In this document: positions 39,484-51,058 of the stretch, piece after piece
How the letters are laid out: every line of letters starts with the position of its first letter
Numbering within the stretch: position 1 is the stretch's first letter
Assembly: GCA_030390025.1 (NCBI GenBank)
Contig: CM059431.1
Coordinates: 118,422,001 to 118,486,000, forward strand
DNA from: Squalus acanthias
Taxonomy: Eukaryota
Length of the DNA stretch: 64,000 bases
Direction: 5' to 3'
Translations under genes and position numbers: made by a program
Notes under the pieces: model-generated
What the model saw: only the letters and a program-made list of their open reading frames with translations
What the model was told of the DNA's origin: nothing
Database searches by the model: none

Positions 39484-41410
39484 TAAAATAAAAGCAAAAT
39501 ACTGGCCAGTTCTGATGAAAGGTCATTGACCTGAAACCATGGGCTTGATTTTGCCGGCGCTCAGAGGGCGGGTTTAGAGGCGGGTCTGCTGTCAAAATAG
39601 CAAAGATTGACAGTGGGTAGGAAACCCGCTGTCAACCCGCCTCCACGTGAGTCTCCCAGGTGTCGGGTCTGTCAGCGGTGAACTGACCCGACACCAAGCG
39701 GCGGGGAAGACAATTGAGCTCATTAAATGGCTTGTTAAGAACCAATTTAATGGTATTTTGAGGCTTCCTTCCCATTTCACGTTCTCCCCCACGGGTTACC
39801 CGCTGCTCGGGGAACACGCCAGCTCAAGCTGCCGTGAGTTGAGTCTGCTCTGATGTTTCTGATAAGCTGACAGCTGCAGAAGTGGTGTAAAGGATGCCAT
39901 GTTGCAGATGGTCAGTTTCATGAGCGCAGAAACTGTTGGTTCCTGCATTTGTAATACATACAGAGATTTCTTTAGCTTGCAAATGTTTAGAGCCAACTGT
40001 ATGTCCAGTGCCACATCATTGGAACAACCTCTCTCACCATTGACAGATCACTTCTGTCATCTCACCTGCAGCTGACAGCTATTGCAGCAACATCGGTGGT
40101 GCCTTAGAAACTATCTCACCTTGCTCCTCTGATTCCTTCCACGCTCAGCTCCAACACCAACATCACCAGACACACCAGCAGCACCAACAATAACACCAAC
40201 CTTCTCTGCCATCACCCGATGCTGCACAGGACACAGGGCATCAGCCCCTGACAACATTGCTGCCTGGGGAGGCCAGCGATGGCTTCACCATGGCCAGATT
40301 TACTTCACTTGACGCTGTAAACCCTGGCTGCTACATGATGCGCCAGGTTGACACCACCCCACACCAGCACCGTAAAGCATCCCTTTAATGTCCAAGCCAT
40401 TCTATTCACACTCGTCATTATAGCGGGGGTGGGGTGGGGGAAGTTATTTCTCATCATTCACTGGAACTCAGTAAGACACTTCTCAAGGTGCGCACAGATC
40501 TGTCCAATAAGGGGCTGTGTTGAAAATATAGATTTCACTGTATGACAACACATTACCAGAAACTTCACATGGTCATTGGCTAAACCTCTCAAGTGCCTAC
40601 CCTTGTGTGTTGTTAGTTGGTATGCTTGCAGTAGGATGAGGGTGAGTGTGAGGAGGGCTAGTGAGATGGGGATCTGATAATGTAGATAGAGTGGGATGGG
40701 TGGAGGTGCAAAGTAATTTGGTGTGAGTAAGGATGTGCAGGAGAAGGGTATGGAAGGCAGAGTGATGGGCATGTGTTGAGTGGCACAGCAGGGTGAGTTT
40801 GAGTGTGGCTTTGCAGTAACGGTTCATGATCCACTGAGATCATTGAAAGGTTGGTGCCACTGCAGCCAGGGACCCCTGATGACATCCCTGCTTTTGTCCT
40901 CCTGCGCAATGTGCAACCAGGCTGCGTTGGTGTCCTGGGGAGGTCTTTTCCACCCTTAGAAGAGAAGAGAATCTCCTTGTGTGCTGTGCCTCCCTCCATA
41001 AGCATGTGGGGGGAGTCATTGGAGAACCTGGGTGCAACCGTCCACCTTTGTACAGTGCTTGACAGTGCTTGCAGCACCTCTAAGCTGTCAAACACTGACA
41101 GAACAACTGTCAAACTCAATGTGGCCGCGATCCCTTTAAGGAAACCGGCTGACGATGCATCATCAGATGACATCAGACCCGCTTCCTGTTAATTGGCCGG
41201 GAAGCCCGCAGGGCGGGCTTAACAAGGCCAATCAAGGGAAAATCCCGTTGACAGAGCGGCTGCAGCTGGGAGCGGGAACACAACCCGGCAAACAGCTATC
41301 CCGCCACCATCCTGACACCACTGAGAAAATCCAGTCCGTTAACTGTTTCTCTCTTCACAGATGCTGACTGACCTGCTGAATATTTCCAGCGTTTTCAGTT
41401 TTTATTTCGG
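39484..41410 (+). mobile_element. Short hammerhead-bearing repeat (probable Penelope pseudo-LTR, second family) split by a Harbinger derivative
   Basis: agttctgatgaaaggtcattgacctgaaac (39508-39537) continues as gttaactgtttctctc..cagatgctg..gacctgctg (41338-41410). Confidence 0.65.
39541..41337. mobile_element. Non-autonomous Harbinger deletion derivative
   Basis: TIRs GGGCTTGATTTT / GGACTGGATTTT; colinear with 17798-19071; Myb exon 1 remnant on - (APRFSNDSPHMLMEG). Confidence 0.85.
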
Positions 41411-41844
41411 TATAGGTATTGTTCTCCTAACTACTTCTGAGCAACACCACAGGAGATCTAGCAGTATCTATTAAAATTCATTATAGTAAATGAATAACTG
41501 AAGTAATTCATATATAAACAGTCCACTGCTTGTAACGAGCTCCAGAAAACTACTACTATGGATCTCTATTTAATATTTTGGTTATCTATGATCATTTAAA
41601 CACATCTTTGCATTATCAAATTCCATAAAATCTTGTATAGAGAGCTGAAGCAGAAATTGTACATTAGATGATGAGCCTATTGGTCAAATACACCATCTTC
41701 CCTGTCTCTAAGTGAGATAATATCACAATATGCCATTACTGCTTGTGAAACATATGTAGCAATGCAGCACTATCAAGTAGAGTAAAGAAAAAAATCCCTA
41801 CCTTTGTCACAACATCAGTTATCACAGTAATATGACCGAAACAG

Positions 41845-42220
41845 TATCGGTTCCCCAATGCTTCAAATTTAAAATTCTCATCCTCATGTGTAAATCCCAC
41901 CATGGCCGTTACCCTCCCTATCTCTGTAAACTCCTCCAGCCCCACAATCTCCTCTTCCCACCAAACAGTCCATTCCTCTGACACCTCTTGTGTATCCTCT
42001 TCTCCCTTCACCTCATCATTGATGGCTATGCTATCTGCTGCCTTGATCACACTCTCTGGAACTCCTTTCCTTAATCATTCCTTTAAGACCCTCCTTAAAG
42101 CCTACCCTTTTGACCAAGCATTTCTCCTTCTTTAACCCAGTGTCTTTATGCCTCTATGAAGTACCTTGGTACATTTTTTTACACTAAAATTGTTATATAA
42201 ATGCAGGTTGTTGTCATTGT
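41845..42220 (+). mobile_element. L2-clade LINE 3' fragment
   Basis: tttaaaattctcatcctc..ctctgtaa.ctcctccagccc..ctctggaactcc..tttgaccaagc..tatataaatgca.gttgttg. Confidence 0.7.
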
Positions 42221-42339
42221 TGAGATATGCAAAGTCACTGCCCGAATGTGAAGAGGGACACTTCATTGTAACAATCTTAAATTGACACAATTGATCAAAA
42301 TCTTTCCTTTGGCTAAATGCATCACTTGGTGTTGGTACC

Positions 42340-42750
42340 GAGTCATATGGACCAGATTTGATCACTCTGTGATGAGTTAGAAGATTTCAGCCAGTGGTGG
42401 GACTATTGCAATTGACTTCAGGATCCCAGGACTAAGGAATGAAGAACAGCCAGGGTTCTTGCTCCTGATTCCTATCCAGTGATCTTTGCACCCACCCCCC
42501 ACCACCACCCCACCGCCCCCCACCCCCCACACACATCCAACTTTCCCCTTCCCCAGCTAGAAAATTAGACATCAGGCAAGGACATAATCTTTCTGAATTG
42601 TAATGCTCTCAATGAATGGACTGCCAGTATTCACTGTCTAGGCTCACACGTAAAGAATGACCAGTTGGGGAAAGTACGAGATGGTTGCCAACACTTTTGG
42701 AAATGTTTGCCAGCAAGAATTAGCACCTTCAGGACAGGAGAGGAAAAAAA
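42340..42750 (+). mobile_element. Old SINE fragment
   Basis: Similar to 875-1035 (tgagttag..tcagcc..tgctcctgat..tccag). Confidence 0.4.
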
Positions 42751-43771
42751 TTGGAAAGAAAAAGGTGACAATACTCCAGTTATTCACACGTTAATCCAGA
42801 ATAGTCCATTTTGGGATCTTCAAAGCTTGCTTCCTCCCTTCTTCCCATTGCCTCACTTTGTAAAGCAACCTTGCTAGCCAGCTGGCACCATTATTTGAGT
42901 GAGAAGGATGGGAAAGAGACATTGTAATGAGCATTATAATGAGAGCCTTACAAGAGACATGTGTGTCCTCTTTTCTTATATCAGTCTCAATAATAACACC
43001 GTTGGAAATATTTCATCCACTGATTGCTTCCAACCAATAAGTGTTATTTCATGTTTGAATTATTCATTCTGTGAGTCGTTAGATTAATAATTGTGCTCAG
43101 AAAGTTTTAAAAGCGTAATTTATTAGTATGATACAACAATTAAAATATTACCTAATGAACCAGTAATTGGTTACTAAAGGGTTCCTATCCAGAACCATAA
43201 ATAAATGGTTGGCTATGACATTCTTTTAAGACTTACAAAATATATTCTGCATTATAGATTGATAGTGCTACATTTGAATAATTATGCTTCTAGTACAGAC
43301 AATGTTCACCCTTTGTAGTGCTTTGATTATGCAAAGTAATGCTGTTTAAGACTGGCAGTGTGTCTTTGGTGCAGTGTGAAGCACTTAAACTGGTATTTAT
43401 TGCTAAGTGCTGAATGTGGACTGATTTCTCACATATTCTTGGATCAGACAGATTGAATAACATGCATGTTATTTAAGAATAATTGACCTGAATGCTCACT
43501 TGTTGTTTCTCAAGTGTCACACACTGTCCTTTTCCCCCCCTGTAGAGGCATTTAAAATGTGTTTATTATTTTTTGCAATAGTCTGATAATACAACAAAAT
43601 TATGTAAAATAGCTTCTTCCCCCACCTTGAAATTATATTTTTGAAATCCATTTACCCAATATTTTAACAAAGGCATTCACCAATTTGGGGTTTGTTACTG
43701 ATATCCCACAAAGCAATTTCAAAGCAGCTTTGGGAACAACATATAAAGCAAGTTTAAGGAGCATGATAATG

Positions 43772-44926
43772 TGAAGGAATAAGCCATATAACCTATTCAG
43801 AAAAATACACTATCTTATGAAAGAATTCTGGCTTTATTAAAACATGACAAACTGGGTTTGGAAATTTAGAAACCTAACTATGAAATAGCTATGAAAGAAT
43901 TCTGGCTATTGAGATAAGACAGTTGTTGACCCTGAATAAATAACCTTATTGAAACAGAAGGTGCATGGCTCTGACAAGCTGACCTTTTGGGAACAAAACA
44001 ATGGTCCATACTGGATTAAGGTGTTCTAATTTAAACTTCGTAAAGATGGCACATAAGATAAGGAACATCTGCCCTCGTAAAGATGACATAAAATAAGGGA
44101 CACCTGCCCTTCACAGCGTTTTTATATGGTCAACCCAGAACACCTGGAGATGAGACAAGATTCTGGAATATTACAAGCTGATGTGGCAGTAAGCATTGCA
44201 GAGGTCAGCAGAAAGATGAATAGGGATAATTGACTTGCATCAGCAGAAAACCTTAAAGGAAATACAACTGGAAAAGGGTATAAATATTGAAGTTTCAAAT
44301 GGGATATCAGACTCGCTTTAATCAGGCAAAGCGATTCTCGACCACAGAGGCGGCTCTGTGATCTCCAATTCTTTGTACCTCAGGGATCAAAGGTATTTGA
44401 TATTGATGGATATCCTGTATAGAAAACTTTAAGAACTGTAATACTGTGGCGAAGTTAAGATTTAAAAATAAGATTCTCTGTTAACAATAAGATAGTACTT
44501 TTTCTCTTTTTAGAACTGTTAACTTTACGATTGACTGATTCACCAACTGTAAATTGCATGTCGGTTCTTTTAATAAATCTATATATTTTTAGAATTGTTT
44601 CACATAAGTCTTCTGTATCAATAACTCACAAACTCAATCTCTGTATACTCTTTGGTGAAGAGTTACAGAATTCTGAGGGAGTTTACCGGACCCTCATAAT
44701 GTCCGGTACGTTACAGTCTAGCTAAACTTATTAAAAGTGCTATCTGGAGGACGGTAACATTCTCGGGTTGTTCCTTTCCTTTGGGGAGAGATAGCCCAGA
44801 GCTTTAGACCCAATTAAGCGTCTTTAGGATTTGGCTACCTCAAACTTTAGTTGAAAATGAACTTCTGAGAAATATGCCTGATCCGGGGTAGCCCCAAAGG
44901 GTCTAGGACTAGTAAATATCCCTTCA
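43772..44926 (+). mobile_element. Solo LTR, copy 1 of family A
   Basis: TG..CA ends with inverted termini TGAAGGAATA / TATCCCTTCA; TATA-like gggtataaat near 44276 and AATAAA near 44572; colinear with 59676-60798. Confidence 0.8.
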
Positions 44927-45529
44927 GTAAATGGTGTTTATTATGGGTTTTCTCTCAATTGGGAATGATAAAATGAATCAAAGGATATGGTTTCTCAGAA
45001 AACTTTATAATGAGAGCGTTATGAGATTTACAACATTTAGAATTAAGGTTTTGTGCTCCTTTGAGAATGCCAGTTCAACTGTATTAAAATGTTATATTAA
45101 AAAAATTCAGAGAATGTTTCGTAAAAACTGTTTCAATTCTCAGATTAGTTAATAGCTGTTTCACACACTTTCTTGTTTTATTGAATGCATAGATATTATA
45201 GGCTAGGGAGTGGTGAATTTATGTAATACTAGACATTGATTGATATCAGGCCACATAATTCATGAGACCACGTAACTTAAGAACATGCCAGACATTTTTG
45301 AATTATGTAAACCACATTGCTGTTGGGGGACTTTTCTCTAATTTACTACTATGCTGACTGGCATAGTATTATATCATACATCAAAGCCCATTTTTAAAAG
45401 AAAACATTAAAATCCTGACATTATTCATCAAGTGGGGTGTTGTAACATCCTTTGTAGCCCAGATGTTTGATGGCTTGCTACAGTTTTGTTTTAAATTTCC
45501 CTCCTTCATTCCTGCCAATTTTCTCCCCT

Positions 45530-45695
45530 CCCATCACATTGCTGTTATTGGGAGCTTGCTGTGAGCAAATTGGCTGCCGCGTTTCTTACATTACAACAGT
45601 GACGACACTTCAAAAAGTACTTCATTGGCTGTAAAGTGCTTTGGGATGCCCTGAGGTTGTGAAAGGCACTATATAAATGACATTTCTTTCTTCTT
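45530..45695 (+). mobile_element. Deu-domain SINE 3' fragment
   Basis: Matches 178-345. Confidence 0.8.
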
Positions 45696-46760
45696 GCTTT
45701 CTCCCCTCCCTTCCTGCTCTCCTGAAGGTATTCGGACCCTTGCTGGGACATGGTAACATGGGTGCGAATAACCCTCTCATACCTTGCCTAAACAGCCATT
45801 ATTTACCAAGGCACTGAAGCCAGGATTTTCCACCCTCCCTTCACCAATTTGAGGTGGGGACTGAGCGGGTGGGGTGAAAAGCGGGATGGGCATGTGCTTC
45901 CCTGCATTCCTGCCCATTTGCACAGCCACTGGATCTGCCACCAGAAGTAGGTGGGCATATTGAAATCATATTGAAATGTCATATAGGTGCCATCCATCAC
46001 AATGCAGGATGAAAGGGAGATTGGTTTGTCGATGGCAGCAGTGGTTTGTCTATGGCAGCAGAGAGGGGCGGGAATATTACATTTTTTAAATCTAGGAAGG
46101 CTATGCAATCTAGAAGTGCACAACCATCGGGGGTGGATTTTAACTCCCAAAAATGGGTCGGTGAGATGTTAAAATTTTTACATCTCAAACCCAACCCCAA
46201 CCCCCTGCCAACCCACTCACTTCCGGATTTAACGGAGGCGGGACATTGGGCGGGCAGCCAACTTGCTCCCAGGAGGCGGGTTGACAATTTAAATATATTA
46301 ATGAGGCTGCCAGCCTCAGGTTTAACTTGCTTTGTAGTTTAACCCTGGCCGGCCAGGTTTCCCAGGCCTCGGGAAACCTGGCACCTGAAGGGAGGTGAGG
46401 ACAGCTTCGGGGAGAAGATAAGTGCCTTTACAGCACTGCTTGTGAGCCAGGAGGAGCAAGAGTGCTTCCCCCCACTGGACCCCCAAGCTTATGCTCTTCC
46501 CTTGGATGGGAAATCCGCCCCCCCCCCAGGATCGGACCCTCCCCTGGGGTCGGGGATCGGACCGCCCCGAGGTCAGGGATTAGAACCCCCCCTGGGATCG
46601 GACCCTCCCCTGGGATCGGGGATTGGACCCTCCCCCATGCTCCCAGTAGCAGCTGCAGGCTCCCTACCTGTGGCTGCAGCCTGTTCCCCGCTCAACTGGA
46701 AGCCAAGCCTATCAATCAGGCTGACTTCTGTGTGGGGTTCCAGGCCAAGAAAAAAGATGT

Positions 46761-47102
46761 TTCCAGTTTTTAAAAAACAAACACAAAAAAAACAAACACA
46801 AAAAACAAAACACAAAAAAACACTGCAGACAGCAGGTTTTGACACGTTGGACCCCCTGGGACACATCTCATTGTCTTGGCTGTGCTCTTGGTGTGTCTTT
46901 GATGTAAGGAAAGATTGTATCTCTGCAGTTTCTGTGTTTATATTCTGTGAACTTTTGTAGATTCACTCATGGTAACTTTACCTGAAGAAGGGGCGATAGC
47001 TCCGAAAGCTTGTAATTTTAAATAAATCTGTTGGACTATAACCTGGTGTTGTGCAACTTCTCATTTTTGTCCACCCCAGTCCAACGCCGGCATCTCCGCA
47101 TC
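46761..47102 (+). mobile_element. Solo Penelope pseudo-LTR
   Basis: Homologous to 6176-6460 and 17270-17661; 14-bp TSD aagaaaaaagatgt (46747-46760, 47103-47116). Confidence 0.9.
46978..47015 (+). ncRNA. Minimal type I hammerhead ribozyme
   Basis: TTAC-CTGAAGA-A-GGGGC(gata)GCTCC-GAAA-GC-TT-GTAA. Confidence 0.75.
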
Positions 47103-48829
47103 AAGAAAAAAGATGTACGCTGTGGAGTTAAAACTTCCAGGTTTCCCGTCTGAAACTCCGCATCCCCAGCTCAGCCTATGCAACCTGTCTCTGTCAAGAT
47201 TGGGGGCAATTGCACAGACCCCAGCATAAAAATTAACATTGCTTTAGGAAAGGAAATAAATCTTACTGGCAGCTCCAAGGCAGTGGTGTGCTTCGGCAGG
47301 CTTCAAGACTTCCTGCAACACATCATTGCCCCTCCACCTCTAGTGAACTCTCAAGTGGAGGCCGGAGAGCCCACTGCAAATATTTAAATAAATCTGATGT
47401 CGGGAGGCAGGCTGGAGTCAGGGGTGAATCTCTGCAGTGGGTGGAAGTCCCACCATGCCAGTATCTGGGCCAGAGTTTCAGCAAGGTGTTCAGTCACAGA
47501 GGTCACCACAGCTGAGCTCAATCCCATCCATGCACATATTCTCAGCAAGAAGCATTGGATCGTGATCAAAAGCGGAAATCCTACCTGATTTCCCCTCTGA
47601 GATCCAGGTGTGTTGAGGCCAATGGTGGTACCTCACCAGTGGCCCAAAAGATGAGATCACTTCCACTCAGCATGGACGTGGGATCCTCCTGGTCTGTATA
47701 GTCAAATAGTCCATTTGCCCATTAGCCTGCTTTGCCATTTTGTGCCCATTCTCCATATTCATTAGTATTCTTATTTCCCAAGTAGGTGTCTACCCCCTTT
47801 TTAAACAGCTTAATTAATTCTGTGTCCATGGGCTCCTGGGGCGGTGCATGCCACATTCTCACAGAAAGATAGAACCTGCATTTATATATTGCCTATCAGA
47901 TCCGTCAGGATATCCAAAAGCATTTCACATCTAATTAATTACTTTGAAAGTGCAATAACTTTTGTTATTTTTGCAAATAGAATGTGATACCCATTACAAA
48001 CTATATAGTGTGAACTGCACCCATTACAGCACTTGTATGCTTATGTCTCCTTGAATTGGATTCCCTTACAGAGGGAAAATGGTTCCTTATCTACCTGGTC
48101 AATTCCTTGCATTTTTATAATGCCTCCATCAGATCACCAGTTAAGTTCTTCATCTCCAGTGAATATAATCCAAGATTGCCCAATCTCTCATCAAAGCTCA
48201 GGCCCTTCACCCCTCGTATCATCCTAAGAATTGACAGTAAACTCCTTCCAGAGCAAGTATTTCTTCCCGAAGGTGGAATACCTAAAACTTAACACAGTGG
48301 GCTCGATTTTGCCAGGCCCGAGGAGGCGGGATTGGAGGCGTGTGAGTTTTAAAAATTGCAAAAAATGGCGGGCGGCTCTGAATCCCGCCTCCATCCCGCC
48401 TCTGAGCAATTTTCCCACATTCGTGGTTTCAGACCTCGTTTCCATCCCGCCTCCAAGAGGCGGGATAGGCCCTTAAGGCCCTTAACTACCAATTAATTGC
48501 CTCTATAATCCCATTTTGAGAGGCATTTCTGATTTTAGCACATTTCCCCCCTCCTGCACGTCTCCTCTGGAACATGCCAGGTAATCCTGGCAGCCTCACA
48601 AGTTAACTGCTTACGAACAGCTGCAGCTTCACCATTAAAAAGCAGTTTTCACCAATGATCATTTGCAGGTGGCAGAACTTTGTTGTCTCAGGTCGGGGGG
48701 AATTTTTAGCAGGCCTACTCATTGTTGTGGAAGTTTGGAGCCTGACAGCCATCTCCAATGTGACCTCCTGGGAAACCCCTCTCCCCACCTTGACTGAGTG
48801 CTTCCTCAACTGAGGTATATACCAGAAGC

Positions 48830-49056
48830 ATGGGAACCATTTATTTCCTTTCCTCCTGGACATCGGAATCGGACGAAGACCAGCCGCGGCAGCAGCAGAA
48901 CCCTGAACAATAGCACCACCAACAGCAGGAGCAACAACAGGAGCGCCAAGCTGCTGCTCACCCACCTGAAGCTGCACAGGCTAGAAGGCGCCAGCGCGTG
49001 ACCACATTGCTGCCCGGGATGCAAGGGATGCAATCATGTTGGCCAGATTTGCTTAG
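48830..49056 (+). pseudogene. H4 transposase remnant: N-terminus joined to the last about 18 codons
   Basis: MGTIYFLSSWTSES..Q-rich stretch, then HIAARDARDAIMLARFA* (out of frame); entire DDE core absent. Confidence 0.8.
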
Positions 49057-49382
49057 CATGCACAATCAAACACTTTTGCCTCGCACCTTCTTAGCAGAAC
49101 ATCGACAATGGACAAGAACCTGCGGATTCCTATCACTCTGACCACCATACTGACAATTGCAAGTCGCCCTAAGCCCTCAGTGTGGAAGTCCCATTTGCGG
49201 AATGACACAGGCCACAACTTCAACAGTTATCCATCAAATCTGTTTATCATAGCAAATCAAGGATGGCTTGTCAAAAATCAACACAACAGAACACCCAAGT
49301 GACTACCCTTGTGACTACTTGTTCTTTATCTTCCTCTTACTCATGCTCCTACGTGGTGCTTCCCCTGTGGCTTCAGCAGATG

Positions 49383-50471
49383 TGTAAGGGGCTTTTGTCT
49401 CAGGGGCTTATTTGTAGGTCAGCCAGTTATGTTTTCCTGGGCTGTCCTGCCCACTGTGCGGTTGCGAATCGCTATCCCCTTCCTAGTTCTGAGTCCAGGA
49501 CTTGTCGAGCGGCGATAAGGACAAACGAACAGACCCGTGGATTGGTGCAAGGAAAACCAATGTTTATTTACAGAAGTAAAACAACAGAGAATCAGTATTA
49601 TATGAAGAAAACAAAATCACTATGCAGTACGGTTTTACACTTAACATGGGAGGAGAACGGACACATGGAGGGAAAATCCTAAAATTACAATTTTAGCAAT
49701 ATCCCCATTAATTCCCACCCTTACGCCTAACTAAAATTGTCTTGCGACAGCCAGAAGAAGATAATGCTCACCGGTGAAATGGATGGAAAAACCTGGCCCT
49801 GTACCCTGTCTCTGCCATCGACACGTGGCTACGAAGTTTCTGGACGGTCTTTTTTCTTGGCTGCTAGCAGACAGACAGGGTGAACCGGGACCCAGGCAGA
49901 GAGAGAGAGAGAGAGTGGCTGGGTCTTCCCAGTTATACCCTCCCGGTCGTCCTAATCTCCCTCCAGATCAGCTCATTTCTATTGTCTGATCTGGGCATAA
50001 TGAATTTTAACAAACGGTTCCGATCTTGGCCCATCATGTTAGATGGCCGGTAATTGTATCATACCAGTTCTTCAACTGCTCCCTTTGTCCGACAGGTTCA
50101 ATGATTGTCTGATCTGGGTATAATGAATTTTAACAAAAGGATTCCGATCTCGGCCCATCATGTTAGATGGCCGGTAATTGTATCATGCCAGTTCTTCAAC
50201 TGCTCCCTTTGTCCGACAGGTTCGATGATGGGCCAGCCCAGTCTCAATGTCCCTGCTGATTATTTGAGCAAACACCTTGAAAGCCTTATGCGTAGACCTG
50301 ATTGTAATTGGGTTTGTCCCCAATGCATCGGAATACACAAGCTGATAGTTTGCCAGGCTCTTGGTCGCAGCCATTCCCTGGATTTTAAAACTCAGTCTGA
50401 CCAGGGTTCCTTTTAATAAGTCCAACAAAATCTTCGGTGGGGGGACACATGAAATTTTGCGAATCCTTTCA
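49383..50471 (-). mobile_element. Solo LTR, family B (1089 bp)
   Basis: TGTAAGG..CCTTTCA ends; 4-bp TSD GATG; AATAAA on - near 49563; internal about 123-bp tandem duplication at 49981-50228. Confidence 0.85.
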
Positions 50472-51058
50472 GATGTGGAGGCCCCTTGCTCACTTTCTTG
50501 CTGCTCCTGTCTCGACACCTTTTGCGGCCGTCCTCTGGGGTTGCGAACCTGTGAGGGCTTGGCAACAGTCTGCTGCTCCTGCAGCTGTGCAGGGGATGAG
50601 ACGCCGATCTCAGTTGGGTGAGGACTCTGGTGGGGCTCTGACCGAGGGCTTTGCAGTGGCATGGTCGTGTGAGCGCTTGGAGAGGAGCCCCCACATTCTT
50701 ATTCTCTGCCACCAACATCTCTCTAATGGGTCAGCCCCACTTCAGAGCTAGCAAGTGGCTTGTTAGCACCTTACTGCACTTCAGGGGGGCCATGAGGTCC
50801 TGTTTCTGCACTGGAAGTCCTACTCCAGAGAACTTCCATTAAGGTCTGGTTTCTATGCTCAATAGCTGACCATCGCTCTCAAGAGATGTCAGTCTATTCT
50901 GAACAATGACCATGTCTTCAATACCCTGGCAACTAAGCTCCTCCATGGCTGTAGCCATCCTAGAAATATAGAAACATAGAAGATAGGAGCAGGAGTAGGC
51001 CATTCGGCCCCTCGAGCCTGCTCCGCCATTCAATGAGATCATGGCTGATCATCCAAAC

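Larger units (their letters stand above)
46129..47207. mobile_element. Harbinger-type MITE (family of 3356-4152) containing a Penelope pseudo-LTR
   Basis: Left TIR GGGGGTGGATTTTAAC; reverse-complement similarity to 3356-4152; internal ggatcggacc repeats at 46525-46635. Confidence 0.7.
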
